Assembly: GCA_026026165.1 (NCBI GenBank)
Contig: JAPEUD010000022.1
Coordinates: 124,001 to 188,000, forward strand
Direction of reading: 5' to 3'
Source: Sarea resinae
Lineage: Eukaryota
Length of the DNA stretch: 64,000 bases
This document shows positions 59,245 through 64,000 of this stretch, piece after piece. The notes under the pieces were generated by a model. It was not told where the DNA came from. It saw only the letters and a list, made by a program, of their open reading frames with translations, and ran no database searches. Both the position numbers and the translations under genes were made by a program. How positions within the stretch are numbered: position 1 is the stretch's first letter; the number at the start of each line of letters is the position of its first letter.

Positions 59245-62200
59245 ATGGGTGGGGAGACGCATAGGCGGCTGGCCTCAACGTTGCCCAAGCTCTCAGCGGG
59301 CCCTGTAGGAGCTCCCATACAGAATATCTATCGTGATCGTCTTCGCCAATTCACTTCAGGTGGCCAATATGAGAAGCAAAACCTCCAATCGTATGTAATC
59401 AGATCGACGTCATTTCCTCCAATGCTTTAAGCGCCACGATCACTGATGTGTGTTTTCGATCGATGACAGAGTAATGTACGAAGGTCGGGCTACTGGAGAA
59501 GATAATGTCAAATTATCCGTCTACTCTGTTCCGGACCTCGCTCGTCCGCCCTTCAAAGACGCTGTATCGCATGAATTCAAGCCGACGAAAGTTGGGGAGT
59601 CTTTCGGGCCCAGTTGGTCCACGCATTGGTTCAAAGTACAATTGCGTGTGCCTTCGGATCTCAAAGATAAAGAGCACCTCGAGTTTCACTGGGATGCGAA
59701 CAATGAAGGTCTGATTTGGACGGAAAGCGGCGAACCGCTTCAAGGTCTTACCGGCGGCGGGGAAAGGGTCGAATGGGTCCTCCCCAAATCTTACCGAGAT
59801 GGGAAAGAGCACACCTTTTACATCGAAATGGCATGCAACGGCATGTTCGGGAATCCTACAGGTGGAGATTCCATCCAGCCTCCGGATCCGAATAAATATT
59901 TCCAGCTTCATACAGCAGACATTGTTGCTGTAAATGTGGAGGCTAGAGCGCTATATATCGATTTTTGGCTAATCGGCGGTACGTCATCTCTCATCCATTT
60001 CATATGTAGATGCTCATGGGACGTTTAGATGCTGCACGAGAGTTTCCTGGCGATTCATATCAGTCACATGAAGCTCTGCAACTCGGTAATGCAATCATCG
60101 ACACCTTCATTGCCGGTCATGGCAGTCAGGAGTCAGTCATTGAAGGTCGGAAGATAGCGAGGAAATATATCGGAGACCATGTCGACTCCTCTAAGGTGTA
60201 CGACTCTGATGATCAGCCGATCGTCTATGCTATCGGCCATTGCCACATCGACACCTGCTGGCTTTGGCCGTGGGCTGAAACTAAGCGCAAGGTAGCTCGC
60301 TCCTGGGCTAATCAATGCGATCTCATGGACCGCTATCCGGAGCATCGCTTCACCTGTTCCCAAGCCCAGCAATACAAGTGGCTCGAGCAGTTGTATCCGC
60401 CTCTGTATGATAGGGTCAAGGCAAACGTGAAGAAAGGCACCTTCCAACCAATAGGAGGCAGCTGGGTCGAGCACGACACAAATATGCCAAGTGGAGAATC
60501 ATTAGTCCGACAGTTCTTGTATGGACAGCGCTTCTTCGAGAGTCATTTCGGGGATCGATGCACCACCTTCTGGCTCCCAGATACCTTTGGCTACTCCAGC
60601 CAACTTCCGCAGCTATGTCGCTTGGCCGGCATGAGCAGATTCTTCACTCAGAAGCTAAGCTGGAACAATATCAATAATTTCCCCCATACCACCTTCAACT
60701 GGGTCTCCTTAGATGGAAGCCAGGTCATCTGCCATATGGCTCCTGCAGAGACCTATACCGCCGATGCCCATTTTGGTGATGTCAGGAGAAGCGTTACTCA
60801 GCACAAATCGATGGATCAAGATGCCACCTCGCTCTTGGTCTTTGGAAAAGGAGACGGTGGCGGTGGTCCCACTGCTGAGCATCTGGAGAAATTGAGGCGC
60901 TGCCGAGGAATCAGCGATCAAGTTGGTCTGCTTCCACGCGTCAAGATGGGAGACTCCGTTGATGATTTCTTCGAACGACTTGAGAAGAAGGCTGAAGAGG
61001 GAACTAAGTTTGTAACTTGGTACGGAGAGCTCTATTTTGAGCTTCACAGAGGAACGTACACCACCCAGGCAAACAATAAGCGGAATAACAGGAGGTCCGA
61101 GATCATGTTGCATGACCTTGAGTATCTCGCAACTCTTGCCAGTATCAAAGACGGTGCCAAAGGGCAGAGTTCGTACAAGTACCCGAAGAAGGAAATTGAT
61201 GATATGTGGGAAAAGGTTTTGCTTTGTCAATTCCATGACTGTCTGCCTGGTAGTTCCATTGAGATGTGCTATGATGACTCCAGCGAGGTAATGATTCAAG
61301 AGAGCCTACATGATAGAAACCTCGCTAACGAGAGCAGCTCTATGCCGAAGTGTTCACGACTGGAGAGAAGCTACTCGAAGACGTCTTATCCGCCCTCGGT
61401 TTTTCTAAGAAAGACTCAAGAGACGAGAACTTAGCCGCTATCAACACGCTGCCATGGAGTCGTCAAGAAATCGTAAAGATCCCTTCGTGGGTGAATACTA
61501 CGGCCGAGTATGCTGTGGTCAACGCTACCGCGAATGGAATTGCCGAAGTCGAGCCTTTGAGGCACGCGTCTATCCGGAGCAAGGCATCTGTAAAGGAAAT
61601 CGATCAGGGTGTCTTCGAGCTCGAAAACAATGATTATAAGCTTCAGGTTGAGGAAGGTTGTATCACGTCCCTCTTCGACTTGAAGCTCGGGCGCGAGATC
61701 ATTCCTAAGGGTAGCAAGGCAAATCAATTTGTCATTTTTGACGACAAGCCACTATATTGGCAAGCCTGGGATGTCGAAGTTTTCCACCTCGAATCACGAC
61801 AGGAGCTGCGCGGTGGAAAGACGGAAATCGTAGAATCTGGACCCCACAAAGTGAGCGTCGTCACCACAACCAAGATTAGCGAGAGGAGTTGGGTCAAGAC
61901 AACAATAAGCCTCGCTGCGTCCACTTACTCGCAAGCATCAGCAATTGAGATGGAGAGCGAGGTTGAGTGGAGAGAAGACATGAAGTTCTTGAAGGTCGAA
62001 TTCCCGGTAGATATTCGTAACACTGAAGCATCATACGAAACTCAATATGGCATGGTCAAGAGGCCTACCCATTACAACACAACGTAAGTATCCTCAAAAA
62101 GCCTCTTTGTGAGTGAATGGCTAATTCGGCATAGCTGGGACATGGCCAAATTCGAAGTCTGTTGCCACAAGTGGGCAGATCTTTCAGAGCACTCTTATGG

Positions 62201-62804
62201 TGTCTCTATCTTGAACGACTCGAAGTACGGGTTTGCGACCTGTGGTAACTTGATGCGCCTATCTCTATTACGTGCCCCCAAGGCACCAGATGCACACGCA
62301 GACATGGGTGAGTAAATAGTCTAAGAGTCAGCGAGAATATCACGTCTCTTACTAAAACTATTTTTAGGTCGACACCACATCCGGTATGCCATCTTTCCCC
62401 ACGTCGGGCCGGTCGATGCGCGGACCGTACGGGCGGCTTTCAACTTCAACAATCCCATGAAGGTGCATTCTCATCCTTCTCCATCAGAGACGAGTTCCCT
62501 TCTCAAGGCCGTTACTCTGGAGGGCTCTTCGACTTTGATTCTCGATACTATCAAGCGAGGCGAGGATGACGTGGATGTATCGCGCGGTGAGCTACCGAAA
62601 CGCTCAGGCAAGAGCATCATTGTGCGCATATACGAATCACTGGGGGGCAAAAACAGGGGCACAATCGAGACGACCCTACCCGTGAAGAAGGTATACCAGT
62701 GCAACCTCCTCGAGGATGACGGCGAGGAATTGAGGATCGAGGATGGCAAAGTCAAGATTGAGTTGCGGCCCTTTGAGGTTGCCACTTACAGGCTGCAGCT
62801 GTGA
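59245..62804 (+). CDS. AMS1: Vacuolar/cytosolic alpha-mannosidase, GH38 (Ams1/MAN2C1 type)
   Basis: [31 protein letters not shown] (nucleophile region), [58 protein letters not shown]. Five introns. Confidence 0.97.
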
Positions 62805-64000
62805 GCTAAAAGGCAGGGAAAAGTAATGGCAGAGATGACTAGAACAATTGATGCGATATTGCTGACGATGATTTGATTGCTGATGAAGATGAGAAAGGAA
62901 GGCACTATCAGGACAGATTGGCAATATTGTAGGAGTCTTCCGACGATCTGATTGACACCTCTGGCCCAGTCTGGATCTCTCTCATATATCATGTTTGTGA
63001 TGTGACAGGCCACACTTGCTTATCATCAAAGAACATGTCGCTTCCCATTCTTGGTTGACTAAGGTCAGGCCGAGTATTAGGTAATCGAGGCGCGAGGGCT
63101 CAGATCGGGTCATATCTGATCTCTGCGCAGCATGACGGTGGGTCGGGGTGCTTCACGTGACTCATGACTCCGCCAGCGTCTTTGCCGGCACTCTTGGCCG
63201 GTCTGGAACGTCGCTTTACTCAGCAAAGAGCCTTTTCGACCCCTCGTTTGGCTGGTCCCTTAGAAATCGGGAGCGCACGAAGTAGCGGTACTTGATGATG
63301 GGGATCCCGTTTGGTGGTCGGATGTGTACTCGCCCCCTCCTCCCTTCCGTCCTGTCGCCGTCTCCCATGGCTGGTCCGTGGTACCGGCTTACACATTCGC
63401 ATTTTCCTCGACCGTACTAGTACATGGACCAGCTTGCGCTTACGTGCTGGGATCCGCATGGAGCAATCGAGCCGGCTGCAATGTGATAATCTCGACCCCA
63501 AGAATTCTCCCGTTTGCCTTGGCCGACAGTAGTCGTAGAGTCTGTCGAGTAGGGTCAGTAGAGAGGGAACAATTGTTGAGGTAATCGGCCTGGTAGGAGA
63601 GACCCGAGTCGAGACTACCGTTCGATCATCTTCATCCTCCTTCTCTGCTTCTTGTTCCTCTCCTTCTTCTTCGATTTCCAATTCCATCACCTCTACCTGT
63701 GGCGTTCTAGATTGAAGGTACTCGAGTCGAGACGAGTGACCATTGATATCAACATCGTTGATCGAGCCATATCTAACGCCCTTCCCGCAATCTGATCCTC
63801 TACTTCCATCTGCACCTCGACGTCAACTCTTCGCTTCGAGCTCCCTCCAACAACGAAAATCTTCGAGACATCCTGGGTCGCTGTACGGACAGAATTACCC
63901 CACACGCCCATTGAACTGTTCCCCTCCTACTTCATTCTCTCCATACCTATCATCTATCTCCAGAACCAGCAGTCATCTGCTCGAACCTTTTAACCTTCAA

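Noticed and set aside
63220..63911. Minus-strand ORFs at the window end
   Set aside because: The acidic stretch is the reverse of a + strand pyrimidine tract, it is interrupted by a stop and has no motifs; more likely the promoter and leader of a + strand gene beyond the window.
1..64000. Transposons, CRISPR arrays, rRNA genes, PKS/NRPS clusters
   Set aside because: No transposase, RT or integrase motifs, terminal repeats, repeat-spacer arrays, rRNA or megasynthase sequence recognised.

Overview
Eukaryotic nuclear DNA from a filamentous ascomycete (Pezizomycotina-type genes, short GT-AG introns with CTRAY branch sites). I can support 20 protein-coding genes and one tRNA gene. Recognisable genes: EEF1AKMT4-like methyltransferase, NDP-glucose 4,6-dehydratase, FlbC-type C2H2 factor, Sec9, U2AF large subunit, Ogg1, Rax2, EthD/DABB-like protein, Bub2/Cdc16, tRNA-Trp(CCA), SulP sulfate permease, eIF4A, F-box/JmjC protein, Ctr2-type copper transporter, Pcd1-type Nudix hydrolase and Ams1 alpha-mannosidase, plus five hypothetical genes. 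There is no intact transposon, CRISPR array or secondary-metabolite cluster, and I found no demonstrable new multi-gene system. Best leads: (i) a spliced orphan gene at 54159-54887 whose splice junction creates a PP1-docking-like KKKVTF motif; (ii) a small disordered protein ending YEERMEEEYAKREGGA; (iii) the 9-mer TACGGAGTA, found eight times and only between genes; (iv) repeated islands of GC3-rich gene ends facing microsatellite-rich or RIP-like spacers, with microsatellites invading conserved enzymes; (v) a long RNA hairpin in a probable 5' leader and a degenerate snR72-like C/D-box element. Exon coordinates were derived by hand and family calls come from motif recognition, not database searches.
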